In this document: in pieces, positions 40,836 through 53,734 of the stretch
Position numbering within the stretch: position 1 is the first letter of the stretch
How the letters are laid out: each line of letters begins with the position of its first letter
Origin: Rhizodiscina lignyota
Lineage: Eukaryota
Assembly (NCBI GenBank): GCA_010015805.1
Contig: ML978135.1
Span: forward strand, 62,001 to 126,000
Direction of reading: 5' to 3'
DNA: 64,000 bases
Notes under the pieces: model-generated
The model's input: only the letters and a program-made list of their open reading frames with translations
The model's database searches: none
What the model was told of the DNA's origin: nothing
Made by a program: the position numbers and the translations under genes

Positions 40836-43044
40836 CTAATGCGACTGCCAATCGAACTCGGGAAACAAGTTCGGGTCGAAGGACTGATCGGGCTGTTCCT
40901 GCATCATTCCCAAAACGTCGAATTCGATACTAGGCCACCAGTTGCCATCATTCGTGACAAAGTCAAGCTGCGACACGTCCAAGTCATCCAAAGACGTGGG
41001 CATCTGGAGCGTTTCTGGCGGTTGCTGCCCACTGTCACCTTCAGGACGTCTTGTTTTCAAGCCCAACATGAGATTGCGGAGTCCACTAATCATCTTACTG
41101 GCCGCAGCATAAATGCAACCGTTGGCATAGGCGGCGTCGATTGAGTTCCATGGCGAGGCAGCCATGCTTTCAAATGCATGTACGCATTGAGCAAACAGCT
41201 CAAGTTGTTTCTCGAAGGTGACATGCAAAACGCCGAAACCCTTTAACTGCAGGATGTTGTTCTCGAGCAAGTTTTTGCAATGTTTGACAATTTCAAGGAC
41301 GAGATACCGGGGTGGACGGAATTGAACGCCACCGAGCTTCAAATTCTTCGAGCAGTCGACGAATTCTTCCAAGATAACTTCCACTTGAGCTGGGTATGGT
41401 ATACCAAATCGTTTCATAAACATGGAAATGTTCTGAGCCCGGCTATCTGAATCGTCCTTGTAGCCTTCGAGAACATGATTCGTCAGCTGAGCGACTTCTT
41501 GCGAATAAATTTCAGCATCATTTCCAACTCCGCCACTTTTCAATCTTGCTTTTAAGACTGCAGCGTACAACAATCCCATGCCCCATACAGTCACGAATAT
41601 CGTATGATATCGTAGCTCAAGTAAGCAAAGAACAGCTGAATGCTCGTCTGGAGACATGTAATCAGATGAATCTGTGTAGAAGCTACTGGTCTGTTCAATT
41701 TGGTGCTGGTTTTCCCTTTCCACGTCTTCGATGATCGCGGTCAAGTTCCCAGGCTCATTCCAGCTTTGCTTCAAGTTTATCAGAGACTTCATAAGGATGT
41801 AGTCAGCCATAGTAGATTGAGCGCAGTAGAAGGTCCGAGGTGAGCAGGGACGATTCTGCAATACGCTACTGTAGGTGTCGACATGAGGCTTCACGCAGTT
41901 GAGTAAATGGTGCATTTCCTGAAGTGGTTTTGCAACGAAGCCATCCATAAAAGCTTCCCGAAAGTAGACTTGCAACCCTTGTAATGAATCTATGAGAGAA
42001 GACTCTAGAAGACTCGCCACTCTTGGAGGTTCGCGGCCTAAGTTGGTAGGGGTAGACATTAGCCCCAGACGCTCTGCGACTCGATACGCCATATGGATGA
42101 ACAGGCTAGACTTGACTGCCTTATGTGCGACTATCTGGGAGCCAGCCAATGCCGTGGGCTTGTAGTCAGCCAGTAGGAGGCATGCGAGAACCGAATCCGA
42201 ATGTTTAGGAGGATCAAAGATAAAGACTTGGCCGTAAGTCGACACGGCAAGCCGGACACGACGAATTAACTCAGGGGGCTGCCGGGGAAGAATTGAAGGG
42301 GTTTCTAGTGCAATCAGACAAAGCAAAGCAAAAAGCAAGTTTGTGGCTAAGTTCTCGGTTGCGTTGCCACCTGTAGTCAATCGATGCCGTATGTTGACTA
42401 GAGTGGGGATTTGTGGAATGAAGAACCGTTGCCAAACTAAACTGATGAATTGAATTAGCGAGATATGAACTGTCAGTGTTGGAAAAAACTAACCGCTTAT
42501 CCAATGATGCGGCCAAATCATTGTCAATGACATCCGGAAGAGGTTTGTTCCACTGGGAGCTCGCGGGAGTAATGCTAGTGCCGAATCCTTGATCTTTTGC
42601 CAGTATCGAAGAAAAGAGGTTGGCAGGGTCAATTATCGATTGGAAAAGGTCTTGTTTACTTGGCCGCCCCAGTGGTCTGGATCTATTATCGTGCCGAGAC
42701 ATGAAGCCATCGTCTGCCGCCTCTGAGAAGATGTATCCATCAATTTCCATGCCAGAGCGTTGAGGAGTCTCTCCTTCATCTTGACCGCGTGGCTCTATCG
42801 CTGTAGATGAATTAGGTCGAGGACGTTTAGCTGCTGGACGCCCCAAAATAGTGCGCTCGACGATGCACTCTAGATCGAAATTGTGACATCGTTTACAAGA
42901 TCTCTCTGCTGTCTGGGGAACGCTCGAAGGCTCGATACAATCTGCATCTGGGAGTTCGCACTTAATTTTTCTGGACCTACAATTGCGGCAGATCAAGCGG
43001 GCATAATGACGCCTTGAGCCACGTTCAGGTTCTTGTTCTGGCAT
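40836..43044 (-). CDS. Zn(II)2Cys6 transcription factor
   Basis: CRNCRSRKIKC..CKRC....LEC. One intron (~42444-42493) joins LDKR to LVWQRFFIP in frame with the 514-aa ORF. Confidence 0.87.
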
Positions 43045-43884
43045 CGCCGCAATCCGCAAGCTTTATAAAACGAATGTAGAGATCTTCTCCGTAGAGTAAT
43101 TCATATGAAGCAATACGTGACGTACTAGCGAGGTAAAGACGAAAAATTGGGGGTGATCTCTCTGGCAAGCAATGAGTTATACTGTGTGAGTATTAGGAGA
43201 TTCTGGTTCTGAGGTTAACTGCTGGTAGAAGGCACGTGATTTACGCCGTTCGGGTTATAGTCCTTCCACCTACAGGCTCGAATAGAGCAACCAACCAATC
43301 AATTGCCTTGAACTCCTTGTGTTTCACCTTGTAGCCATGCTTTCTTACTCTGCGGCTCAAGGGAGATCAGCAACCGCTTTATCCATGAGTGGGGCATAGT
43401 CGCAGATTGCGATTTGCATATAATCCGATCAATCCATCGATACGAACCACAGAAATTCAAGGTCTTTCATTCAGCATCCCGGAAATATTTGTTCGGATTA
43501 GTTGGGAGGACCAGGCGTGTTCGAAATTCATTAAAACCAGTAATAACAAGCCCCCTCCCAAGCCTAGGGAATTTTGTATATTATTTTGTGGCTATGCTGC
43601 AAGAAACTTCAGTCAGGTTTATTAGCGAAACAGGGAAGAAGCCCCCAGTTGGGCCTATTTATGCAGTACCCTAGGTGCCTAGTAGTCTTGCGGCATTTGT
43701 GGCGTGGTCTGATGCGTGCGGCACAGCAAGGCAGACACTCATCACTACAGCTGGCAGAGTACTTAATCGGCCTTCACAACCTCTCAGACTAAAGGTAGCG
43801 GAATATTCGGCTGGAAGAACTGATCTACATCCGACAAAGGTACATTGGTGATCATTATCTTTTTTCCTGCGTCATTACCCAGAT

Positions 43885-45558
43885 ATGAAGCGCAAGAGTG
43901 ACGACAATCGCATGGAGCGTCGCAAGAAGTACAGAACAGCATACCAGGAACAGCACGCGAAGATCTTGTCAACTATGCCAAAGAATCGAGATGACATTAA
44001 AATCACCGATGTTGTTTTAAAGCCACACAAAGTCGATGTGGAGAAGTTCTGCGGTACTCAAGGCGAGTTTCAATTTGAAACTGAGCGGTTTTATGAAAAT
44101 CGCGGTCCGTAAGTCACTTAAACCAATTTTTTACCGAGTCAGAATGTAGCAGCTAACTTGCATATGGTGAATTTGAGCCCAAGGTAGAATATCCACTAAG
44201 TATTCTAGATAATTGCGGCCAGGATTTTGCTCTCCAGGCCCATGGAATCTATTATCTGTGCCACTTTTCAGAGCAGGCGGTGAGGTACGGTCGCAAAGTT
44301 TGGGTACCAACACTCCCCGAGCAGGACGAAGAGACGCCAGAGACTCTTGATAGACGAGCCCGTGCGAAGACACTCGCATCTCACTCTCGAAAGAATGAGG
44401 CTTGGTGCAAAAGTGAGTTCGGTTGGGAAGCCGATGCTTGGGCTGATATTTTCGGACGGATGAGAGACGAACCGACACTCGAAATGTAAGCACGAAATGC
44501 AACCCGTTATTTAGAGAAAGATGAACCTGATTATTCTAGTGATAAGAGAGGCCTTTCCTTTGTAGGCCCCAAGACCTAAGGGATGGAGAGGTGATCACCG
44601 CGACGCAAGGCGCCAGGCTACTTTCGCGGCTTCTTATTATCTTGATATGCTTGATAATTTGGCCCGAAAACCAGGCCCTCTGGAATGCCCGAGGGTCTAT
44701 CAAACAAAGACAAGCCATCAGTATCAAGTGTTCGCACTCACGTCATTTGGGGCGTACTGGCACCTGCTAGTTGGTCATCGACGCCCGCGTTCGAAAGAAG
44801 AGCATGTTGATGAACCAGGGATGAGTGCCACAGCATATGTAAGCATGATGCACATTAACTCAGCTACAGTGGAGAGAGAAAGGTTAGACAGAAGCTAAGT
44901 CCATTACCAGATTTTCCAAAAAGTATGGAGCGGCCATGTTACCAACGAGGATCACGCCTTTGAACTTCTTTCCCTTCTGGATCAGATTCACATTTGGTCA
45001 ATAACTGAACACCGCACCTTCGTAATCGAGCACCTTAGAGCTTGGTACGAATCGTGCGAGCAAAATTATCACCTAGAGTGGGACTCATTATATGATCTTG
45101 GTGATGACAAGAAACGCGTTCGAGTAGTTGAAGCGGATACTGACCTAGCACTTCCCAAATGGGCAGCTTATTTGGGCGAACCACAACGACAAAAATTGCA
45201 AGCCAGGGCTAAAGTGGCTTTGAAAAAAGAGCTGTTTTACCGACGTGTAAGGAAAGGCAAAACCTTAGCGTCAGAAACAGCTGACACATGGGTATGTGCA
45301 GTCGATGACTGTAACACCAAGGTCGGTGGAGATTATGCGTTTCTAGAACACCTCAGCAGTGCCCACAAATGGGGGCCGCAGCAGCTTTCTGCATTGAGAC
45401 ATTCCTTTATCGAGCATAGAGCAAAGGAACATGTTGAAAGACGACAGAATTCGCAAATAACTCCATCAGGACACAAGTGGCCTTGGCCGTGGGCCATGCC
45501 AAAAATGAAAGAGGGGGAGGAAATTCGTTTTCCTTCCAGTCTTCAGATGATCTTTTGA
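43885..45558 (+). pseudogene. Damaged fungal protein, probable PD-(D/E)XK-like family, with C-terminal C2H2-like finger
   Basis: Spliceable exons give SEFGWEADAWADIFG, KGWRGDHRDARRQA..YLDMLDNLAR, VFALTSFGAYWHLLVG, IFQKVWSG..LLSLLDQIHIW and CAVDDC..HLSSAH. The frame breaks at 44540-44580 (TAA/TAG stops). Confidence 0.6.
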
Positions 45559-46068
45559 AGCGTATTAAATCAGCAAACTTTACGTATAACTTTACTTGCA
45601 ACGTTTTTTTCTTGTACTACACATAGCATGTGTCGGAATCTACCAGTGCAATCTCCGACCTCGTATCAGGCGGTGTGGGCTTACTACTGTACATAGAGCC
45701 TCCAGGAGGCACCTTTTTCGCCTCCTCAAAAGCTTCAATCAGTTCACTTGATAACAGCACCAAACGCTCGTGACGATCACTCATTTAAATGCACTAAAAT
45801 TCTCACATGAGGGCTGTCGAGCTTCGCCTGCGGTAATCAAAGATGCCAATTATCCTGTACCCATTGGGCTTTATACGGTGACTCCTTTCAGGTTGCGACA
45901 CCTAGCGACGGTGCATTAAAGCAGTTATTATGGGGTATAACAAGCTGGATTTGTGATCCGAGGTGAGGCCTTTCCGTACAGGTAACGTCATTTCAGATGC
46001 TGGTGATAGGGAACTGAATATATGTAGAGATATAACTTTAAAATGTTACGAGGAAATCTTAGACTAAG

Positions 46069-46116
46069 CCTATTTCGTCCCCACCCTCAGCCGTGTCAAA
46101 TGTGCAGTTGAAACTT
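46069..46116 (+). repeat. 48-bp dispersed direct repeat, copy 2
   Basis: CCTATTTCGTCCCCACCCTCAGCCGTGTCAAATGTGCAGTTGAAACTT. Confidence 0.9.
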
Positions 46117-46167
46117 TAGGCACCGAACGATAGTTGAAGAAAAATCTATTGGCTGTCTATATGCTGG

Positions 46168-47836
46168 CTAATTCGGAGTAGTTTGTGCGCGCCGACTTCT
46201 CTTTCTAACGATACTCCCCCATTTATACAAGCCCCAAGGTATTGGAATCATGAGCAAGGAGACGAATCCGAGCAAGCTTGTTGCCCATGGTATGGTGAGC
46301 GCTCGATAAACTGCAATCGTAAGTTGTACAGTTTTACAAGAAAACGCGTGTTGAGCTTACATTTCCCAGTGAACAGCGGAAACGCTGCGGCGAAGATATA
46401 CCGAGCAAACCCATTCGACGCAAGTGCTGATGCCCCAAAAGCCGGCCCATAACTCTCAATTAGATATGTAACAGCCGATGTCTGGAATGTCAAATACGTT
46501 AACGTCCATAACGAAAGCGTTCCGGATATCGACTCACAAAGACACAGACATTTCCCCAAGCGAACGGAAACATGGCCAGGACAGGACTGATCCAGTGGAT
46601 ATCCTGCCTCGCCGTCCATCCGAACCAAAAAAGGCCAATCGGGAGCCCAAAGCTGCCAACCATTGCGGCATAGAGCCTGTCCTCCGGCACAACGCTTTCA
46701 GGTACTCCGGCGGCCGCACCTTTGCGGAGTTTCTTCCGGTAATAGAAAGTGTCGATTAATGCATATGTACCTGTTGCGAATATCGTTCCAGCGCATAAAG
46801 AAAGAAACGTAAGACCAACTTTCCCACGATCGAATCCATAAACCGTTTCAAATACGAAAGGCGTGGCGGCAAGGAAGCTGTACAAGATTCCGAAGTTCAG
46901 AGCAACGTACAGCCCGAAGAGTAATGTAATGAGCTCCCCAAAGAGCATCGCCAATGGTCTTATAAGTGATACGGAAATCCATGCCTTCAAGGCGGTCACC
47001 CATTCGACATTCGCATTTGGACTTAGCCCATCTCTTTTCATATTTCTCTCCAAGATCGTCTTTTTGTATGTTTCCGACATGAAGATGGCACTGAAAGAGG
47101 TCGGAATTGCGAAAAAGACGATTGTCCACTCCAACCACCGCCATCCTTTTTTCTCTTCGACAAATCCGCCAATGACGGGACCTGTTGCAACGAAGCAATG
47201 AGTTGGAGACGTAGCAGAGGCTGCTAAATGAATGGAACCTTACCAACGCCTGGGCCAACTGTTGGACCCAGCACAAAGAGGGCAGTAGACAAACCGCGTG
47301 CAGATGGTCCCCATAAATCTGCATTGGTCCCACCGCCGACGCTTAACCCAGGACTACAGAAAAAGCCTGCGAAGAATCTACAAATGACCAGACCTGCGAA
47401 TGTCTTTGATACCGCCGAGCCAATCACGAAGAAGATAGATATTGGAAGAGTGGTCTTGTAAATGAGTGAACGGCCGAAGGTTTCGCTCAGGGGCGCCGCG
47501 AGGACTGGCCCAAATGCCAAACCAAAGCAAAAAAGGGCGACTCCAAGCAGAGATACAGACTCGGAGACGTTGAAGTGCCGACCGACGTCTGCATAGCCAG
47601 ATGCATAAATGGAGGACATGAAAGTTCTTCTGCAGCGTGAGCATGACATTCTCGAGTGCATGGAGATTGAATACATACACCGTAAACGCATAGATCGCAG
47701 TGACAAATGTATGGTACACTTTCCTCCCAAAACTCCAGTTCCGGGGATTATCTAGGTTGGTGGGCTCGCTCCATGATGCTGTTGCTAGACGTTCTGTTGT
47801 CTCAATTTCGATGGGAGCTGTATTCGGATAGCCCAT
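46168..47836 (-). CDS. MFS drug:H+ antiporter (DHA1 family)
   Basis: DNPRNWS..RK, APLSETFGRS, GPTVGPG, SETYK, PEDRLY, YGASALA-like segment and IPWATSLLGF. Several GT-AG introns. Confidence 0.9.
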
Positions 47837-48827
47837 GATAGCCGACAGACATACGTCACACTCCGTATGCTGAATCTGCAGTCCTGAAACTGCAACAAAG
47901 TTGAAGGGAAATTCCAATCTCTGCAAACATTAGGAGGAAAGGTGAGTTCCATTGTAGACCAAGGAGGGGATGCATTGTGGCAAAGGATCATTGTCGTTCC
48001 AGTTTGTCCGAATGAACGGAAATTTCTCGCGATACACGGCTACGAGTAGCTACTAATCAACGTGGTTTTAGCGCCCTCTTGTCAAATCATGCTCCATCTT
48101 TCCCATCACCATGAAGCTCGGCACATTACCCGACTCTAACAGGAAAAAGATTTGATGCAGATGCATGACAAATCACATCCATATCTGGAAATGCGGTATC
48201 AGCACTTCCGTTAATGTAAATTGACAACAAGACTTTCCTTAACTTGTGGCAATGAAGTATGGTTGAGCTTTCTACTAATATCGGACAAAGATATGGTAAC
48301 CACGGTCTCCAGACCATAACAGCTTCATAGAAATGGCGAATATCAATGCCCAACGCGACTCATGGTTTCTCCCTTTGGACAGCAATGCGGCTTTCTCCCC
48401 GAACACCAGACCAAAGAGCGCTCGTACTTCAGATTCTGCGTCCTGTTGTCGCACTGAAGTATCTGACTGGGACGTACTTCAAAGGATCACTAGAAAGGCG
48501 GATGAAGACATATTTGAGCTGTGTAAAATAGGAGCACATGAAAGGACCTGATATCTCCTGATATCCTGGAATATGCCCTTCGGATCCCACAAGAATCTTT
48601 TTTTGGCGGTATGTCATTGCATTTTGAGGCAGTCAAGGATAGGAAAAGCTTGAAATGGGATCCGTGAATCCAGGGGTAAAACGCCACAAATCCGCTTGCG
48701 ATACGGTAAGTGCCTCTAATAGACCCACATAAGAAAGTTTCACTGACACATCGCCACGAATACGCAATGATTCCTGGAATTGGATCTACACTGATGGCCT
48801 TCAATATCCAGAACTACGGACTCTCCA

Positions 48828-49577
48828 TCACAGCTTGCTCCCTGCAACGCTCGCGGCCCATTCTTCCACGGTCAGGACGCGGTCTACAATCAAAGGCCAA
48901 ACGAGATTCACTGCTGCATCGTTGGCGGCAATAGAAAATCCAGCAGTCGCATCAGAGCTATTAATCCATTAATCGGAGCGGCCTCGAAGTACTTTACATT
49001 GACTTACAGCAACGTCACATCGTAACCCAGCTCCCTCGCGTAACGTGCGGTTGATTCTAGGCAGGTGGTACTGGCCATGCCAGCACAGACTACTTTGGTG
49101 ATATTGCGCTGGCGTAACAGGTAGTCCAAATCCGTGTTCGCGAAAGAGCTGCGAAATCGTCGTCAATGCCGATTTGGTCTATGACATTTTGGCGCCACAG
49201 GTCGGTGAAGGGTTGATATACCTGCTATTCCAATGCTTTGAGGCGATGACATCGCCATTCTCAATATCCGGCTCCATTCCCTCATATATGTTTACCCCGA
49301 AACTACCTTCTTCGAAGACATGGAGCTTCTTGGTCCTGATGTGTGACGAAGTCATTCGATGCCAGCCATCGTAAAAGCCTTCTTTGTACTGTTTATGGAG
49401 ACCGTAATAGATTGGGATATGCGCTGCTCTTGCTACTTCGACCAGTCTTTTCATATGTTTTATCGAGTCCGACGCCTGGAGGCTGTCCTTCACTGCTGGG
49501 TAGAGCTTTCCATCTGGATGGAGAAAGTCGTTATAGGGGTCGACAAGAACAACAGCAGTATGATCATGAGATTCCAT
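48828..49577 (-). CDS. Isochorismatase-like cysteine hydrolase
   Basis: VLVDPYNDF (Asp), ASKHW (Lys), SSFANTDL, GMASTTCLESTAR (Cys) and SDATAGFS. Two introns. Confidence 0.9.
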
Positions 49578-50167
49578 ATCGCACACTCAAAAAGCAATAC
49601 AAGGCTACAAGGCACAGAAATCTGCTCTTTTCTGACGGAGAAACGCCATTCGATGCAGCACTATCTAATATACCTCTTCTACAGATTGTACTTACGCACC
49701 ATCTGTAGTCATTCTCCGAACAAGCCCCGTAATACAGGCGCCAACAACTTCCTTTTTCATATGATTGCTAATCAAGATCCTCCGAGAATGGACATGCGCC
49801 CAGCTGACGATAGTGGACTCCATGGCGTTGGAATTGGCAAAAGCGTATCTCCAGAAGTTGCCGAAAGAGGCAATCGACAAGATTATCAATCAAACTACCT
49901 TTTTAGGCAATTATGTGATTGTTCGCTTATCAAGCATTGCCAGGATTGTTGCCGTGTTTCCAGGTGCGTCTTCTGAATTGTCCAATCAGTGATTGCCTTG
50001 ACCAACAGCCCTTGATGAATCAACTCTCCGAATTCAGGTTTCAAGACAATTCAGTCGTGATCCAGTATGGACATGTAATACGATTTGACATGCAATCAGT
50101 AGCTACTTTTCGTTCGACTTGAATTGACCAAAACTCAAATCAATTACGGCCGATCGATCTCGCAGCC

Positions 50168-51534
50168 ATGGTCTCATCGGACGGCACTCCTCTCGAATTA
50201 TCAGAAGCTCCACGAGACACAAATCTACTCCCAGAGCAAACTGACGCTCCTTCGACCGCTCTCCCGCTAGACCCCAGCCCTCAGGTGCCCGAAGGAGGCT
50301 ATGGTTGGATTGTAGTCATAGCATGTGCCATTATTACATGGTGGTTCGTAGGAACGGGGTACAGTTGGGGAGTGATTCAAGGGCGCTTGGTTAAAGAAGG
50401 TGTGTCCAAAGCTTCCACGTTGAGCTTTGTCGGAGCTCTCATGGTCGCATTCATTGCGATCATGGCAATTCCCAACGCAAGGATCATACAAGCAATTGGA
50501 GCGCAGAAAACTGGAATCATTGGGATATCTCTGCTTGGCCTTGGAGAGCTCCTCAGCGGATCCACGACGAATAATGTCGGCGGGTTATTCGCGACTACAG
50601 GCTTCATTATGGGAGTTGGTACAAGGTTATTTCCCTCCACTTCCGTATTTTACGGGGGTCGCTGACCTTGCAGTCTATGCTTCATGACAGTTAGCATTGT
50701 CCAGCGCAGTACTTCCATCGTAAACGAGGACTGGCGAACGGAATCGTCTATGCAGGAGGAGGGCTGGGTGGTGCTGTTATCTCCTTGGTGATGGAAGCTA
50801 TTGTGAGAAGTCTTGGTCCCGCATGGACGTTCCGTATAATTGGCTTTCTGACACTGGGCACCGGATTACCTGCGGCATGGATGATTCGAGAAAGAGCCCC
50901 AACACAGCGACGGAAGCTCGTTGAATGGTCTTTGTTCAGGAGCCTGCGTTTCGACCTGCTTTTCTTCGCGGGAGTGGTCGCTACATTCCCGCTGTTCGTG
51001 CCTCCATTCTTTCTTCCTCTATTTGCGCAATCGATCGGATTGAGTGCATCAGTGGGCGCCGCGCTGGTCGCTGCGTTCAACTTTTCGTCTGCTCTCGGGA
51101 GAATTGGCCTTGGGTTGTGCTGCGATTATGTCGGACCGATCAACGCATTGTTTGTGAGTCTCATGTTGAGCTCCTTAAGTATGTTGACAATCTGGCCCGT
51201 TAGTCGTTCTTTGGCACCACTGGTGGTTTTCGTAGTGATAAATGGTGCAGCGAATGGCGGCTTCTTTGCAACAATGCCAACAGTTGTTGGAAATGTGTTT
51301 GGAAGCGTTAGAGTAACGGTTGCTATGGGCATAATAGTTACAGGTTGGGCCGGAGGTTATCTGATGGGTGGTCCCATCGCTGCATATTTGCTCGATGCAT
51401 TCGGTGGCACCGATGCCGGTATCACAGCGTATCGGCCAGCGATGTACTATTCAGGCTCCATGTTGATGGCAGCGACAATTTTGGTAGGCGCAATGAGATT
51501 GAAGAGCGAAAAGGCCCTGCTAAAGAAGGTCTGA
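50168..51534 (+). pseudogene. Monocarboxylate-type MFS transporter with a single -1 frameshift (pseudogene or sequencing error)
   Basis: PEGGYGW N-terminus. After intron 50626-50673 it reads LCFMTVSI-GT-CCA; the conserved PAQYFHRKRGLANG is one base out of frame at 50699-50701. Confidence 0.75.
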
Positions 51535-51705
51535 TCTGTTAGCAACTATATATCATAAGTGGATGGAAACTACAGTTTTACGATCAGAAAGAAATCCAAA
51601 TATCTCCTGCAATACAGTAATTCCGGGTGATGGCAGAATGGGAGTGTAATGGAGACTGATAATTTGTGAAGTCAATACTCGGGCTTCAAATCTTACCATA
51701 ACAGG

Positions 51706-52995
51706 TCATATATCCCCGCTAAGCAGGCTTTTCAGCCTATCCTTCCATTCTGTCAATTCCTTTTCCTTACTGTCCGTATCGGCTTTCCACTTCTCTACCT
51801 CCCCTTGCAGTCTCTCCAACTCCATTCGTGAATCGTAGAGCAGTCGATCTTTCTCCCTCAATTCTTGACCCATGGCTTCTATCTGAGACTTCAATCTTTC
51901 CGTTTCTGCACTCGAGTCTGCGTTTCGCTCTCTGTCAGCTACTGTAGCACGTTGTGCAAGTAGCATGTCATTCTTCCGGATTTCCGCTTCCTGCTGTAGC
52001 TTCACGACGAGAGCATCAAGCTCAGCAGATCGTCTTTGAGATGCAGCCGAATACTCTAATTCGCGCAGAATCACTGATATTGCGTTATCAACCTCTGGTG
52101 CGAGCGTGGAAAAGCGTGAGCGTTGGCCTTGAGATTTAGAATTATTGTTGGAGCTACCGGGTTGAAAGTTCGGCTCCTCTCGCGACGTATCCAAGTATTG
52201 TGGCAACGATGATAGTGCATGAGAACCATTTGAGGACTGAGTTCTCTCAATGCCATGAGTGTTATGTGCAGCCGGGTCCCAGTCTCGGAGGTCCGAGATG
52301 ATGAAGCGATGATTTGTCCGTTGCGCATCTGAGCTTACTGTGCCTCCCTTCAATGCAGATGAAGGACGCTGGGCCGACAGAAAGTGCGAAGAAGGCGTTG
52401 AATCTCTAATTTCTTCTGTCACAGACATTGTCTGGCCTCTTTGCACTTCAGTTGCAGCTTCTGGCGGAGGGGATGCTGGTGGAGTCAAAGGCGGAGGATT
52501 AACGTGCCACTGACGATCCAAGCAAGTTCCGCAGTAAAACTTATTGTCGAATGTGTGTTGCGGTATGTGTCGCGACAAACATTTCTCATGGTAGACTCTT
52601 CTGCAGGTGTAACATTTCTTCGGAGCCTCAGGCCTCCCGCATTTAAAGCAGCTAGCCTCGTGAAGGGAGCCATGTCCTGATCCCAATTAGCTTCTGCCAT
52701 TTCATAGTATTCGATAAAAAGGGCACTGGAACGCACTTCGCCACTCGCGGTACTTCTGTTCTTGCTGCTCGATGGTTAATGGGATGAAGTTGTAGGCCTT
52801 CAACGACTCGGGCGGTGGACACGGTAGGTGAATATCCCGCGCACTCTCATTCCTCACTACTGGCGACATGTCATGGTCATCAGCTGCAGCCCGTACGGGT
52901 CCCGTCGTTGTTGGAATATCTTGCTGTGTAAGATTTCGGACAAATCTGATGTTTGCGCGCTTCCTCTTCCGTCCGCCTCTCTGCACGTCGGGCAT
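51706..52995 (-). CDS. PHD/zinc-finger-like protein with C-terminal coiled coil
   Basis: NLS-like GRKRKR, intron ~52677-52735, C4-H-C3 pattern CFKC..CYTC..YHEKC..YCGTC, heptad-rich C-terminus. Confidence 0.75.
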
Positions 52996-53734
52996 GATTC
53001 AAGTTATTGAAAGCCGCAGTTAGCTAACGGCGTTGAAGAGAAGATGCTAATAAAGCTAGGTGTAGATGTTGGATACGCTGTGCTAAAAGATTGAGAGATT
53101 CGTGTGAGGATGATGGGCCGCTCGTAAATGATGCATAAGCTTGCTTACGAATCAGAGATACCATTTTGAGAATAGGGGCAGCAAAAAGACAATGGAGAGA
53201 TAACAATGGCTCCAGCTTTTCTGATTGTGCTGGAGAGTTTCAGTTGCGTATTTGCGTCTTCGTGTAATACTCTGTACCGATAAGCAAATTTGACATTGTT
53301 TAGACCGAACTGCTTCACGAGGAATGGAGGAAGAGGAGAGACCATTGTTGCCTCTTTAGGACTCTTAAGTAATGTGACTTACTAATCACGCCGCCATCGC
53401 CTCCATGTACGAGTTGATCTCCATGTGAGGAGATGGAGGTGAAATGAATCAGTTCAAATTTTCGAAGTGTGTTTTATTAAAATCATATACTTATCAATGG
53501 CTATCCAGAAAATGTATTATACAACTCTCCCAACTGACACAATCCACCGCCATCGTCGTAATATATCTTTTTATTTATTTTCATAAGCGTAGAATGACTG
53601 TAAAGTTCGAACACTCGAATACCAATCCCTAAATGTAAAAGTAATAACATCTATATTCCTGAATATAGTATTGACTCTTAAACATAGTGCTGCTCTACCT
53701 AAACTATTTAATATGTACTGCGGATTTTGAATTT

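Noticed and set aside
24100..51600. Secondary-metabolite biosynthetic cluster or intact Starship
   Set aside because: No PKS, NRPS, terpene synthase or DMATS backbone, and no recognisable DUF3435 recombinase in the window.
53396..53442. Possible hairpin (TCGCCTCCAT...ATGGAGGTGA)
   Set aside because: Short imperfect stem, expected by chance in 64 kb.
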